A stretch of 62,704 bases of DNA, counting the filler. It is 6 parts of 6 records of this genome, joined end to end, with 100 filler letters (N's around TTAATTAATTAA, not from the genome) between each part and the next. Parts side by side here need not be neighbours in the genome. Positions count along the whole stretch, not along the records: positions 30,541 to 38,396 come from SRR20825019_1223; positions 38,497 to 57,212 come from SRR20825019_1225; 4 more parts are not named here. One strand, given 5' to 3'. The position numbers and the translations under genes were made by a program. Under the pieces are notes generated by a model. That model saw only the letters and a list, made by a program, of their open reading frames with translations, had not been told where the DNA came from and made no database searches. Of this stretch, positions 33,501 to 44,400 are shown piece after piece (the first letter of the stretch is position 1; every line of letters starts with the position of its first letter).

Positions 33501-36500
33501 GTTCCCCGCTGCGGAGCTTCGTCTCTTCTCTGTGTTGTGGAACCTCTCTGCTCCTGTATTCCCACAGGCAATGCAGATCATTGCAAAGCGATTTATTGTA
33601 TCCAACACACAACCAGACGCAGCTGCAACGGCAGCCGCTGCTATTACTAAGTCCTCCAAACTTCTTGCCGCCAGTAAGCACCATAAGAGGGAGGTGGATA
33701 ACAGCAGTTCAGGCGGTGCGACTGGTGAGCTATCACATGGACCACCAGAGCACATCATCGTAAGTACAGCAAGACATCTCGGACACCTGTTCAATAAGAT
33801 GGTGGTAACACTTGAAGAGCTTCGACAGGAATCAACTGAGCAACAGAAGAATAACTCCTCCGGAGGTGGTCGTGTTCAATCGACGGCGGCGCTTTCGCCC
33901 TATCGCATTGCATTGGAGGCAGCTGCTGCTAGTTGGGCAGCTGAGGTGCTTCCATTCCCTCATGTCCCCAAGACTACCACAGAAGGAAGTCGTAAACTAG
34001 AAACCCACAGACAGCCACCAATCGAATTGAATAAGCTTGAAACATGTGCAAATGCACTTAGTTCTGCTCTTCAGGATTCCAACGTGTCTACCTTTGTTTT
34101 CCCAGTGTTCGAGCAATACTTGCCCCCAGTGGACCAAAATCAATCTCATCATCAACAGCATCGGACAGAGGTACCACTATCACCACAGCAGATAAGATCT
34201 GGTGCTCTTGGAGGACGTCGTTCCATTGTAATGGAGTCGCTGTCTGATAGGGGACACTCATCCACTACTGCCCAAACTCCCATGATGTTGAGCACCAGCA
34301 CACAACAGCGCCACAAGTCCAAGGATGCCTCTACTGTGTCTATTACTAATGTTCCTGCTAGTACTACAAGCGGCGATATGAGCCCCCAGTACCACAGCAG
34401 TACAACTTACAACAACAATTATACTGGGAATGGGATGGGTGGTGGTGCGTACCCAGTCTGTACAATTATATTGCGCTACTATGCTAGTTCATTGTACGAT
34501 GGCATCACGCTTAACGAGGCACGTGCAATTACTCTTGCGTCACTCAAGGAGGCGGAACACATTCGTCGAGATCATCATATACGTTTGTCACAGCAACAAC
34601 AATCAGTCGCCGCTGCCACTTCCACTTCAGCATTGCCATCTTCGTCACCTGAGGGGGCTGACGCTAGTTTGAATACTACTGCAGCAGAGTCCATGAGTCT
34701 GTTACTCGATTCCGCAAACTCTGGCACCAGACCAGGTGAACAGTCAGGAAGTGCCAACCACCAGAACAACCCTCTGTCAAGCCTCTTCATCGTCGAGCCA
34801 AGTCCAGATCACTCCTCCACTACTACCTTCGATGGTAGCCGTCGTAGTCACAATAACGAATCGTCCCTCTCCCACTTCTTCTGTAAATCATCGCGAGATG
34901 CAGCTGCTGGTGGAGGAGGAGGGTCCACCTTTGACGACTATGAACTCACATCCCTTAACCACCTCTTGGACGAAGATCAGGGTGCCCTTAAAAACGACCT
35001 ACTGCCGTCCCCAATCACAACCCTCATGCAGTCACCAGTTGGTCGTACTGCGTGGGATCGTGCTATGTGGTTCATTGTCAGCTTAGCCACATCCGCACTG
35101 ACGAACCGCCAAGATGAGCTCCAGACCGCCGCTTCTGCTGCTGCGATGGAGGTAGCCAAGTCACAGGATGGTAGCTCGTCCCCAGACGTGAAGAGGAGTC
35201 AGTCTTTTGGAAGTCCAACCTTCCATGTTGTAAACAACATCAACGCCGCTACTACTGCTGCGGCTGCGAAGGCGGTGCTTTCCAACAAGAAGAAGGCAAT
35301 TCTACTACCCTCGTCTGGTAGGGAAACTACCAACTCGCCCATGATTCCCACTGTGGATATCTCCTCCAGCAGCAACAACAGTCAACAACTACCCCGAACA
35401 CTTGTCACATCTGGGGAGGATTCAAGTGCGTCATCTTCGGCGTCGGCATCCGCTCGTAATGTACATCATACTACAGTACCAGTATCCCAGCATCATCACA
35501 GTTCGACGGCAACTTCGAGAAATCAGGTCTCCAACACTCTTCTGCGAAATACTTTGAAGCATATGGGTAACAGTATGAATTCGTTATCTGGATCGAAATT
35601 GACGCAGTTTGAGGCCTTCAAGAAGGGAGGTGATACTACTACTGAGGATGGGTCTCCTGCTACCAGCAGCAACAATAACAGCCCCCAGCGCCATTCGTCA
35701 TTCATGAATAAGAAGCCACCGATGTCCCACAACAACAATGGTGGTGTCAACAGTGGTGGTGGCGCTAGGGTTAGTATTGTGGATTCGGAGCAACAACCAA
35801 ATTACCATCACAGCCAAAACCAAAAACCTCATATTTTTGCCTCCTCTCATGAAAATAGCAAAGAAGCCGAAAATCGTATTCGGAAGGGGCTTACTGAGGA
35901 AGGTAATGATAGTGAGGATACAACCTCCGTTCACTCCTCCACCTCATCTGTATTCTCTATTAATGTCTTCCCCCAGAAGCCAGCTACACTACCACAAAAG
36001 AAGGTCATGCCGTTCAAGCCCAAGATCATACTCCAACAACCCCATCATGTTGCGCTCTCATCATCTGTTGAATTACCCTCGAGCTTTGGTGGCAAGGGGC
36101 AGACTTCCTCCTCCATTCATCAACCCTCCCCGCCCCCTACTAGTAAGAGTGGTAGGGCCGCAGGTCGCTCTCCAACATCCCAACAACAGCCTGTGCTGTC
36201 TGAGCGACGCAGTGCAGTTCCCCGATCACCACCACAATCCTTCACACCCCCAGGAGGTGTGAGTGGTGGTGAACACGCTCATATCGCCCCCTCTGTTGAT
36301 TCTGCATTCAAACCCATTGTTAGTAGTCCCCGGGCTATTAGTAGAGGAGGCAATGGAGAATCTCCTAGAAGGTCCATGTCGGTAGTAACCGACTTCCTCC
36401 CTTCCGGTAGTGTTCCCGACATCACACCACCACCGCCACCTACTTCAAATCGTCACACATCCCCCTCCAAGGGTGGAGCTAGTGCTTCATCCCCCCGCCG

Positions 36501-36909
36501 TTCCTTCGATGCAAGACGGCTCTCTGTACAAGCGGGAGGTGGTGCCGCTACGAGCCCCTCCTCTGCTACTTCATCTCGACGAGGTTCTACCTCTGCTGTA
36601 GGCAAATCCCCCGCCCGCTCCCCGTCGTCCTCATATCTCCAAGCGACAACACCAAGACTACCTCGTTACACAATGACACAGGTACGACTTCATAAGTCCC
36701 CTTCAGATTGTTGGGCTGTCATCGACGGTGCTGTCTACAACCTAACTAGGTTCCTTGCCACGCATCCGGGAGGTTCATCGGCGATACTAGATAATTGTGG
36801 TAAGGATGCTACCAGTGTGTTCCACTCGATGCACTCCAACACTAAGACCCCAGGCTCATCTATCCTCACGCGACTGAAGGGGTTCCAGATCGGTACACTT
36901 CAACATTAA
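30541..36909 (+). CDS. Giant (>2100 aa) intronless low-complexity protein with C-terminal cytochrome b5-like heme-binding domain; probably 5'-truncated
   Basis: Frame is open from the contig start. S/N/Q/H/G runs throughout. C-terminus YTMTQVRLHKSPSDCWAVIDGAVYNLTRFLATHPGG..GKDATSVFHSMHS..FQIGTL keeps both axial His. Confidence 0.88.
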   Translation, partial: FWSKIEALDTQCTLNASMYAFLLMPSLPTQYVAGSSTTPSSSQGDADHNAATVVPISPSNPQLTLPQVQETRVLWSSTVIGSEERVALRLVQLSSDVNGHVIHRRLPAGGSSVPRSVATFDGEPIVTISSPPLRPTDSSTSRASTPAETHQIEVKSAGAALLRRAVQFMTLMDSVVLPWLEHVLIYIPSTAAEYLYTLANETAAPQHRHHHHNHSTGHDASNNNILLSNPTIFALVVKLGVELNDEGIALLVEFLVDRWSATVAAVSVAEVSDPCSYSPLIKNSSLPMTLAAVRSVATTLAFLNNGNDAQDAAFLSEDLLRHPRQALAGMIALLDDPSVTIQQQDYKLLRNRKSSSQPSVASSRTSTASPGGGSGETVAHHHNNITAASASLEGVFSQEFVMEGKQVIHALRGVLMMALSEINKLYKTSDQGRGGGMSSFSSKNNNNNNSSTSLPNASVYKRAPSGGSLLHQQQQQPSEQILVMSPQQSPTSSYCSSGLIAAAGAVGGGGGRGSRNTSSKDTVGVQSPFSSLRPTSPSSMKLPHISLPTGASDTNNNNSNHPSNNHAANNNYNNTTGGSIAKLSDSKLRSAAAAIIRTAIRGMMDSTDIKVGPLGQCIYMLCCKLSGSRQWEPIPKNSVSSHHSGELFNGAGSGSLDDILPDSVMNIPTQSFPTPALSATSSSRVPRGYSSASTTSSLLSMLVAVSFLRYYDDDKKVADTLPLSDPPTSLMIADSAVGLAKWVESIDEETFTAMMNAVEQHVLDTCSVSLRPHPMQHSSPRGGGKNGNISMKALSWISQPSNATVAIFEAVVGILKLHREDLSSSVTTIIQPLTQLLVKANYGFEAVSKLFLIVLRAMLYPKKFMTKPKTSTTNDDVNTTIDSAVSVVVIPLGAPPSVLSRVVATILRTIHDSVYSGVPFVTKSITTPTTKKSSNSRVSESEAASLATTAEVAISSLPNALISQASYSLGTHLASRPVLLQPIVVKPFPAAELRLFSVLWNLSAPVFPQAMQIIAKRFIVSNTQPDAAATAAAAITKSSKLLAASKHHKREVDNSSSGGATGELSHGPPEHIIVSTARHLGHLFNKMVVTLEELRQESTEQQKNNSSGGGRVQSTAALSPYRIALEAAAASWAAEVLPFPHVPKTTTEGSRKLETHRQPPIELNKLETCANALSSALQDSNVSTFVFPVFEQYLPPVDQNQSHHQQHRTEVPLSPQQIRSGALGGRRSIVMESLSDRGHSSTTAQTPMMLSTSTQQRHKSKDASTVSITNVPASTTSGDMSPQYHSSTTYNNNYTGNGMGGGAYPVCTIILRYYASSLYDGITLNEARAITLASLKEAEHIRRDHHIRLSQQQQSVAAATSTSALPSSSPEGADASLNTTAAESMSLLLDSANSGTRPGEQSGSANHQNNPLSSLFIVEPSPDHSSTTTFDGSRRSHNNESSLSHFFCKSSRDAAAGGGGGSTFDDYELTSLNHLLDEDQGALKNDLLPSPITTLMQSPVGRTAWDRAMWFIVSLATSALTNRQDELQTAASAAAMEVAKSQDGSSSPDVKRSQSFGSPTFHVVNNINAATTAAAAKAVLSNKKKAILLPSSGRETTNSPMIPTVDISSSSNNSQQLPRTLVTSGEDSSASSSASASARNVHHTTVPVSQHHHSSTATSRNQVSNTLLRNTLKHMGNSMNSLSGSKLTQFEAFKKGGDTTTEDGSPATSSNNNSPQRHSSFMNKKPPMSHNNNGGVNSGGGARVSIVDSEQQPNYHHSQNQKPHIFASSHENSKEAENRIRKGLTEEGNDSEDTTSVHSSTSSVFSINVFPQKPATLPQKKVMPFKPKIILQQPHHVALSSSVELPSSFGGKGQTSSSIHQPSPPPTSKSGRAAGRSPTSQQQPVLSERRSAVPRSPPQSFTPPGGVSGGEHAHIAPSVDSAFKPIVSSPRAISRGGNGESPRRSMSVVTDFLPSGSVPDITPPPPPTSNRHTSPSKGGASASSPRRSFDARRLSVQAGGGAATSPSSATSSRRGSTSAVGKSPARSPSSSYLQATTPRLPRYTMTQVRLHKSPSDCWAVIDGAVYNLTRFLATHPGGSSAILDNCGKDATSVFHSMHSNTKTPGSSILTRLKGFQIGTLQH

Positions 36910-37139
36910 CAACTCTCAAACAAGAATGAAAAATGGAAAGAAGTATCCCAACACAAAAGTTCATTGAGAAAAATATTCACCCACTCAAAAATATTTACCT
37001 CAAAACAAACAGACAATACCACACAAACATACTACACAGAATATACACATACCCTTCCCTATCCTCTTAGTACAACTTCAATCTGCCTTGGTGTCCCCAT
37101 CTGTATTATTATCAATGTGGTTGCCATGCACAACACTGC

Positions 37140-37230
37140 TGTCCATTTATCTTTCTTTTATCCCCCTCTTATTTTGTATCCCTCATTTTTAATCCCTCTT
37201 CTTTAAAAAAACAATAGGCCTGTATTATAG
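37140..37230 (+). promoter_or_regulatory. Polypyrimidine tract plus AG: candidate spliced-leader trans-splice acceptor
   Basis: About 60 nt T/C tract followed by AG at 37216-37217 and 37229-37230, upstream of the ATG at 37288, between same-strand intronless ORFs. Confidence 0.55.
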
Positions 37231-37287
37231 AACACTTCCCCTACTTCGACAGCCCACTGGTATTCATTGGTGCGTATCTTCTTCAAA

Positions 37288-38396
37288 ATGACAGAGCGGT
37301 ATCCAACAACAACATTATCATTGCTACCAAGGACGTCGTGCTTTGTAAAGCCATTACTGCTTGTAGTTGTGTGTATTGCTGTCGTCTCTACGGTCCTCAG
37401 TGGTCACCATATGTACATGACAATGGGTGGTGGCACTCGAACCACAACCTTATTGCCACACAACCACGAAACCCGGGGACACACTCATGTGCAGCATCCA
37501 CCACTAGCTTCTTCTGGAGCTTTATCAAAGGTATCATCTTCAACATCAATAGACGATCTTAAGAGGATTGGCCACTCACGAGTTTTCTTGGCTACATCTC
37601 TCGAACAAATACACCACGGTATTTACAAAACTAGTGTAGAACTAGAAAAGGGAGTGAAATCGTCGACCTTGCGATTTGCGTTCAAAACAGAATGCCGACC
37701 GGCGGCTAAGTGGCATGGTCAGCAAGGTTGGGGGGAGATTGCTGTGCACAACCTCTTGTCTATATGGGAAGCACATTATAGTAGTACCACTGGTAGTAGT
37801 GTTAGCTCCGAATCATCACCTTCTGATATCGCCAACAAGAAAATAGATTATCAATTCGAGAACACTGTTCCCTATGCAGTGGGTGGTATAGTGTACGTAA
37901 CTACCTCAATGCTGAATACCATCATCCACAAGGACCAATGTGGGTTGATGACGCCCCAACAAGTAGATCATTACCTATCTACCCTCTCACAAACAACAAC
38001 AAGGACAAATAAAGAAGACCAAGACGACGATGAGGCACGTGCAGCATCTGTTGTTGCATCTCGTACTTTTACTGACATATCGGCGATGAGGGAGCATAGC
38101 GCCCTAAGTGGTGGTAGCGGCACCACTAGTACTACTACTCTACACCCCCTTATGGGCGTACTTCTAACGTGGATGCCTAGTGTGGATGATAGTGCTATAC
38201 CCCTCAGAAATCTCTGGCTGAAGGATTTTATGTTGCCTAAGTCAGTTTTCTCTGGAGTTCGAGAAGTTTTAGATGGATCATCATCAGCACCATCTGTGTC
38301 CACTAAGACACTACAGGCCGCTCTTCTATCAGCTATACCGAGTAAGTCGAAGAGCTTTTTCAAAAAGAGTGACTTCCTTCTCACAAATTCGAAGAA
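37288..38396 (+). CDS. Type II membrane protein, candidate FAM20/Four-jointed-like secretory-pathway kinase (3'-truncated)
   Basis: Signal-anchor LLLVVVCIAVVSTVL, then GIYKTSVEL..FAFK..GWGEIAVHNLL..VPYAVG..GVLLTWMP. Catalytic C-lobe not in the window. Confidence 0.5.
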
Positions 38397-38496
38397 NNNN
38401 NNNNNNNNNNNNNNNNNNNNNNNNNNNNNNNNNNNNNNNNTTAATTAATTAANNNNNNNNNNNNNNNNNNNNNNNNNNNNNNNNNNNNNNNNNNNN
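38397..38496. other. Artificial contig linker
   Basis: N44-TTAATTAATTAA-N44. Confidence 0.98.
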
Positions 38497-41400
38497 ATCA
38501 TCATCATCATCGTCATCATCATCATCCATTCCCTACACAACATCAATATTCCACATCATATCAACACACAATCCACACGATCACGATACCTCCTCAGAAA
38601 ACTGATCGGCACTAAACTCTGAGAGCTCAGAGTGGCGACGGCGGCGGCGCTTATTTCCATTCTTCCCGCGGGAATTCTTGCTGCTGCCCATGTCTTCTTT
38701 ATCAGAAGACAAATCGTAACCAGGCGCTCCGCCACCGCGCTTAGACGACGACGGCTTGGCATTCAATCTGCCACCACCCTCATCAATAGACAATTCATCT
38801 TCGCAAGATTCTTCGTTCTCAGCATCGTCTTCCACCATGTCTTCGGAATCATCATCGTCCTCGGCACTCTCCTCAGGACAATTACTGCTACCATTGCCTG
38901 AGCCCGACGAGGCACGACGAAGTCCTTGGCGTTGTCCCATGCGACCACGCCCACGTGCACGGAAACCCCGCTGGCGTGGATGCAAAGATCTCTTGATCTT
39001 TGAACGCGATTGTTTCGTCTTTTCTTCATCGGAAACAGCTTCGCTTCCTGAGTCGGATGACTTGGCTTCCTTGGCCTTAGCCACGTCCTTAGAGGCGTCC
39101 TCACCGGTGATTGGGCCATCGACTGAAGTGCCTCCGGTGGTGCCCAAGTTGTGAATGGAATCCCAGTAGCCCGTCAGATCAAACGCGAATGGCTCCTGAC
39201 CAAAGTTCATCCGAATGTGAGCATCTGCACTATGCATTCCAACGATAGGGTACAATCCGCGGTCCTGCTCTTCAGTTTGAGGGCCATAGATAGTCATGTT
39301 ACGGAATGCAATTCCCATATCTGAACCATTCTTGGTAAAGAAGACATCACACTTTCGTCCATTCTCCCTCATGATGGCACCACAACCAATTACATCATCA
39401 CCGCCAAACTCCGCATTCGAACAGCCCTTGTAAGGCCGCCCCTTATTTCGGCACAGGTGGAAGAAAAGGTTTCCATCGTCTCCGTGATATCCGACCGTTC
39501 CCTGGGACCAGCCCGGCATTCCACTAGCACCTTGATTACTCGAAGGATCACCACCAAACACAGACCCACTCACCTTTTGGGGGTAATTGCGGCATCGGCG
39601 CGCGCAAATCCGATCCCGATGTAACTCTCTGCGCCTTCATCCAGGACTTTAAGCTAAACCAAGATGTCAGCATAATCAAAGCGCATGTATCGCCGAGGAG
39701 TGAGCATACCTCAAAGTAGTACAGGGCGACCCTTGACGACGGCACGGGAACATTCGACCTGATCAGCCCAACGTCCAAGTCATTCTTGCCTTGACCCCAG
39801 TAGTGTGCTTCCACATTGGACAACAAGGACGTGTGCGATGCAAACATGGTGTCTATCGCCAGGGGGAACCCCATCCTAGTCCCGTTGAATTTATCCGGAC
39901 CGGGTGCTTTATCCGCGGCGGCGATTTGTGCACTCGACGGAACAGAAGGCTTGTCGCTGCCAGAAGCCTCATCCTCATTCTCTGTGCTCGGCTTTGGTCT
40001 CTGGGGTCTCTCTCCCCACAAGTAGGAAGCGTAAGGTACAAGTTTCTTGGCTCCATCGACACTGTAATAGCGGGACAGATCATGAATAACGGCTTTGGTT
40101 TCTTCACCATCGCTGCTCAGAATGGCCCTTGCCTTCTCCATCAAGGAAAGGTGGCGATGCTCCAGCATATGCGCGGATTCCGCCTGAGACACCTTGTGCA
40201 TACCAATCGATACGATCAACGTCAGGAGCTGGGCACGATCAGCATCGGACCCCTTGGCAGCAGATGTTTCTTCAGTCGCCGCCGAACTGTCCGCCTCACG
40301 GAGGCACCAAGCAAGAGCCTTCAGCACCCTCCAGCGCAGCATGCTAACCGTGCCTAACAAGCCCTGCGAAAACGACCATGTGAGGCCGTGACCCTGATCA
40401 TCGCACATATGACCGTACCTGATCCTGCCTTAGTGCCACCAGGGCGAGCTGAATCAATTCCTTGCTAAGCTGCTTGAAGGATGACGGAAGCTCCGCCGAG
40501 GGTAGAGGGGATATTTTTTCCCTCTTCACCGTGCGGGCGCTTGGCTTGTCCCCCTGGGCACCTTGACCAACCGGCAGAACCTGCGCAGTGGCGGCGCCCA
40601 CTGCAAGCTCTGCGGCAATGATGCCACGTCCTGATCCCGGAGTAGATTCTCCTGATAGAAACTGCCTCAGCGCTTAAAGGCGAGCTGGGAAATGCTTTCT
40701 TACCTGCGACGTCCACAAGGGAGCCTTCATGAAGGAACTGATTCATTCCATCCACAGTCGCCACCACGCCGGCAAAAATGGGCTTGAGGCCATCATCCAC
40801 TTTGGTCAGGGATGACTGGGCCTCGCGGAGAACAGCCTGGAAGACTCCATAAATGATGTCTCTGAACGCTGGTGAATGTGCCATTCGGCGTATCATCCAC
40901 ACTCGTTCCTAGCACAAGCCTGTCAGCACTCCCTCTTACCCTCACTCCACCGCGTGCTTACCTCGGCCAATAGATCCCTCCCCCTGTCAGTCATCTCCAG
41001 CCGCAACGCTCTCTCGGACTTTGTGCCGTTAGGCACCGCATCCTTCTTCGAAGTCTGGGCCCACCCGAAACTGGAGACTCCGACAGCATCCATACCCTCA
41101 CCCTTGGGCTCCCCTATTTCTGGCAACAATACCGCCGCACCAATCGAGCGAAGGAGGTTGATAATCAAACGGACCTTACCATCCGACCCGTCGATCGGAT
41201 GGTTCTGCAAGAGCTGCGCGGGCGGCTCGGGCAGGGTTATCCCGCTGGATGAATGGTCCGACACGTTTGAACTGGCATCGGTGTGGTTTCCGTCATTCTC
41301 CAGCAAGGCACCCATATTGATGTTCACCTTGACCTTGGGGTTTTCTGCAAGGTTCGCTGGTGCAGTGCGCTGACGAAGCATGGGCGATGGCTTCATACCA

Positions 41401-44400
41401 ATGGAAGTCGGCGATGCAGCACCAGGAGAACCCACAGAGGATGAACCCGCTGCCACCCAAAATGATGATGGCATCGACGGCAAAATAGCAGTCAAGAGCT
41501 TCAGAATCAACTTCTGGCACCGAACTGACATCCATGATGACTCGTTCAGCACATCCTTTCGTGAGGCAAGATGTGCCAAAGAGGCTACTGAAGGGGTCAC
41601 GGGACTGAACATTGGGAGGTGATTGATGCGCACGTCCACCAGGGAGACAAGATGAAGAAGTACTGTGGCGCTCTCTGAACTTCTCAACAGCTCTTGTACT
41701 CCGCTCAGCTGGGCGCGCAGTCAGTAAAACATGACCACATGGCAACATTGAATCCCATACCTCTCGGGCCGAATACAGAGCCAGGGCAAGCTCCGTGCAC
41801 TGTTGCTCACACCGAATTGCAGTTTTCTCCAATAATACAGCCTTTTCATTCGAGACTTGTTGCTCGCGTAAAGAATCGATTGCTGCTTGACCTGTATATA
41901 GAGTGAGGTTAACCCTAACCCAAGTGTGAGAAAGCGCGTTCCGCACGGCCTTACCCTGAATGGCTAGATTGGATAACATTCGTATGGCAGCCGCGGCCGC
42001 CGCCCTTTCGCAATCGCGAACTTTTTCGAAGCGTTCGGAGAGTCGCATCTTAGTAAGACGCGCGTGGAGATGCCGTTCATTGCGTGACATTGAAAGGAGG
42101 ACATTGACGACCTTTCGCAATACTTAGAGAACAGAGTCGTGCGATCAATCCGAAATACTCACCAGGCCAACTATGACTTGATCAGTTTCGCCACCTCCTG
42201 TCTCAGCAGCTACATCAGATTCACTCTCGGGAACCTGGATGCTTGGGCGGCCCTTTGCCGCTGAGGGCCCACCGGGTGTATCCGGTCGACCGACGGAGGA
42301 ACCACCGTCCTCATCTGACGGCACAGCAGACAGGCCCCTCAGTATGCTCGTGGCTACCGGCGCATCTTCGGCCTCGTAGTCAATGCAGAATGCGCTTAGT
42401 AGGGAGAAGTATAGCAATGGTGCTTTGGTATGATGAGGCGGGCGGATCGCCACTGATTCACCATCTAGACGATATCACGAGTCAGATTTTGAAACATGAA
42501 ATAGGTCATCCTGCAGCCACGTACCTCGCACCAGGACACACTCCCTGCCATCGACGCCTGGTGCCCCGGTAGTGTGCGTAAATATAGACGCCAACGACTT
42601 GTACAAGGAGAGGAAGGCAATCTGAACATCACATCTGACGCCAAATGTAAGCACAAGACAATCCCCACGATCAGACTTCACATGACCAACCTGGTCGTGA
42701 ATCGGCAGCCAGACAAATCGCGAAGGTAGTGGCCAAATGCCCCCGCTCGTTCATCAAACATTTTCATTTCTCCCGCCTGCTCCACCCCCTCAGCAGACCC
42801 AGAGCCTTCTCCGGCACCAGCGCCTGTCTCATCGCCAGCACCAGAACCAGCATTGACCCCGGCTACTCGCAGCAATAAGCACACAACAGTACAGCAGTCC
42901 AGAGACACAAAGTTGTGGCGTACCTGGGATATCACCTCCGCGGAGACTTGGGCCAATCGCCGATACAATATCCTCGTAAAGAGCGGGAGAAGGAGCGAAT
43001 ATGAACAAGCAATCCTCCAGAAGCTGAAGACCCTTGAGGCGAGCATCTGCCCTTCGCTGGCGCGATTGGAGAAGATCCCTAAGGAGGCCCACTTTCTCTT
43101 CTGTCCTTCGCATAAGACCTTTGCAGTGCATAGTTCGAAACAAACTCACTGTTCGTGCCCAGGGATGGCGACTCGCCTTCTGCTGATGTCAGCACAGCAA
43201 ACGATTTTTCTTCACGAAGGAACGACATGACTTCATCGCATAAAACACCAAACATGACCTCGGCGGCCTGGAACAAACCATTAAGGGTCTTCTTTTGCCA
43301 TCACAACACGTATTAGCCAACCTGCGATCGACCAGCAGGACGATTGGCAGCAAGCGTGTTCCCGCTAGACACCGAGTTGGACTTGTGGATCCCTCTCCAC
43401 TTGAGGGTGGACCTCCGAATGCTCTCAAAGAGGCGCCAATTGATGCTGTAGTCCGATTAGACACTAACACTTTTCAACGGAAGCACCATGCTCACTCTAC
43501 AGAATTCTGGCGCCCAACGGGCGCTGCGGCTAGAAGTGAGAGGTGCCCCGCGGCGGGGTGCGGGGCCTTTTCGGATAACGCCCCAAGAAGATTGGATGTG
43601 GAGTGCCGCCCGGACTCCGCAAGTGATACGGGGAGGTTGGACATCGTTGTGGATTTGTGAATGAGACGCGGGGAGGTCGAATCTTCATCATTTCTGTCAA
43701 AAGAATCAATTAAGTACTCCATACAGAAATACTGAAAATTCTTACGAGGCATTAGTAGGGACGTCGGCCGGGCTGTTTAGCAACCGGGTCGACAGGTTGC
43801 TCCTGTGCTTCTGCAGAGCAAGGTCATCTTTGGCCGTGAAAGAGAACGAGACATCCACCCAACCTTCAGTGCAATCGGTGAGCTCCTACCACCATGGCGT
43901 AAGTCAGGGCTTCGCGGACTGGAAAGTGACCCGCCAGTGGCTCGTGGAGACTGATTGGGTGCACCAATGCTGTCTTCAGTAGCAGGTAGGGAAGACACCT
44001 CGAGGAGCAAAAGACATTTTTCAACCAGCGACTCCGCAAGCTCATTCTCTGCCAGATCGAGGCCCTCGCTCAGCCCTGACTTAGATCCAGTCAGGCCGCG
44101 TGGCGGTTCAGTGATGAACGGAGTGCCGGACTCGGGCACACTATCCATGGACGGTGAGGCAGCCCCTTCAGCGTGTGACTGTGAGGTTCCAGGCTGCACC
44201 GCCGTAGCCGCTACTGCGGCAGCAGCAGCAGCAGCCGAGTTGTGGCTGGCAGATTCGCGACGGTTGCTCTGTTTCTTTGAATGGATGTATCCTTCCAAGC
44301 GCTCCAAAAGGATAAACAGGTGGCCGAGTTGCGATGAAGGCGTGGGAGGGGCATCATTCCCTGGATTTGCTGGATCGGTCTGGCCGTCATCTATTGATGA

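Noticed and set aside
30372-38570. Joining the end of contig 3 to the start of contig 5, since both break in GAC/GAT-type trinucleotide repeats of minus-strand genes
   Set aside because: No sequence overlap, and the repeats are read as poly-Ser in one and poly-Asp in the other. Both are simply assembly breaks at low-complexity sequence.
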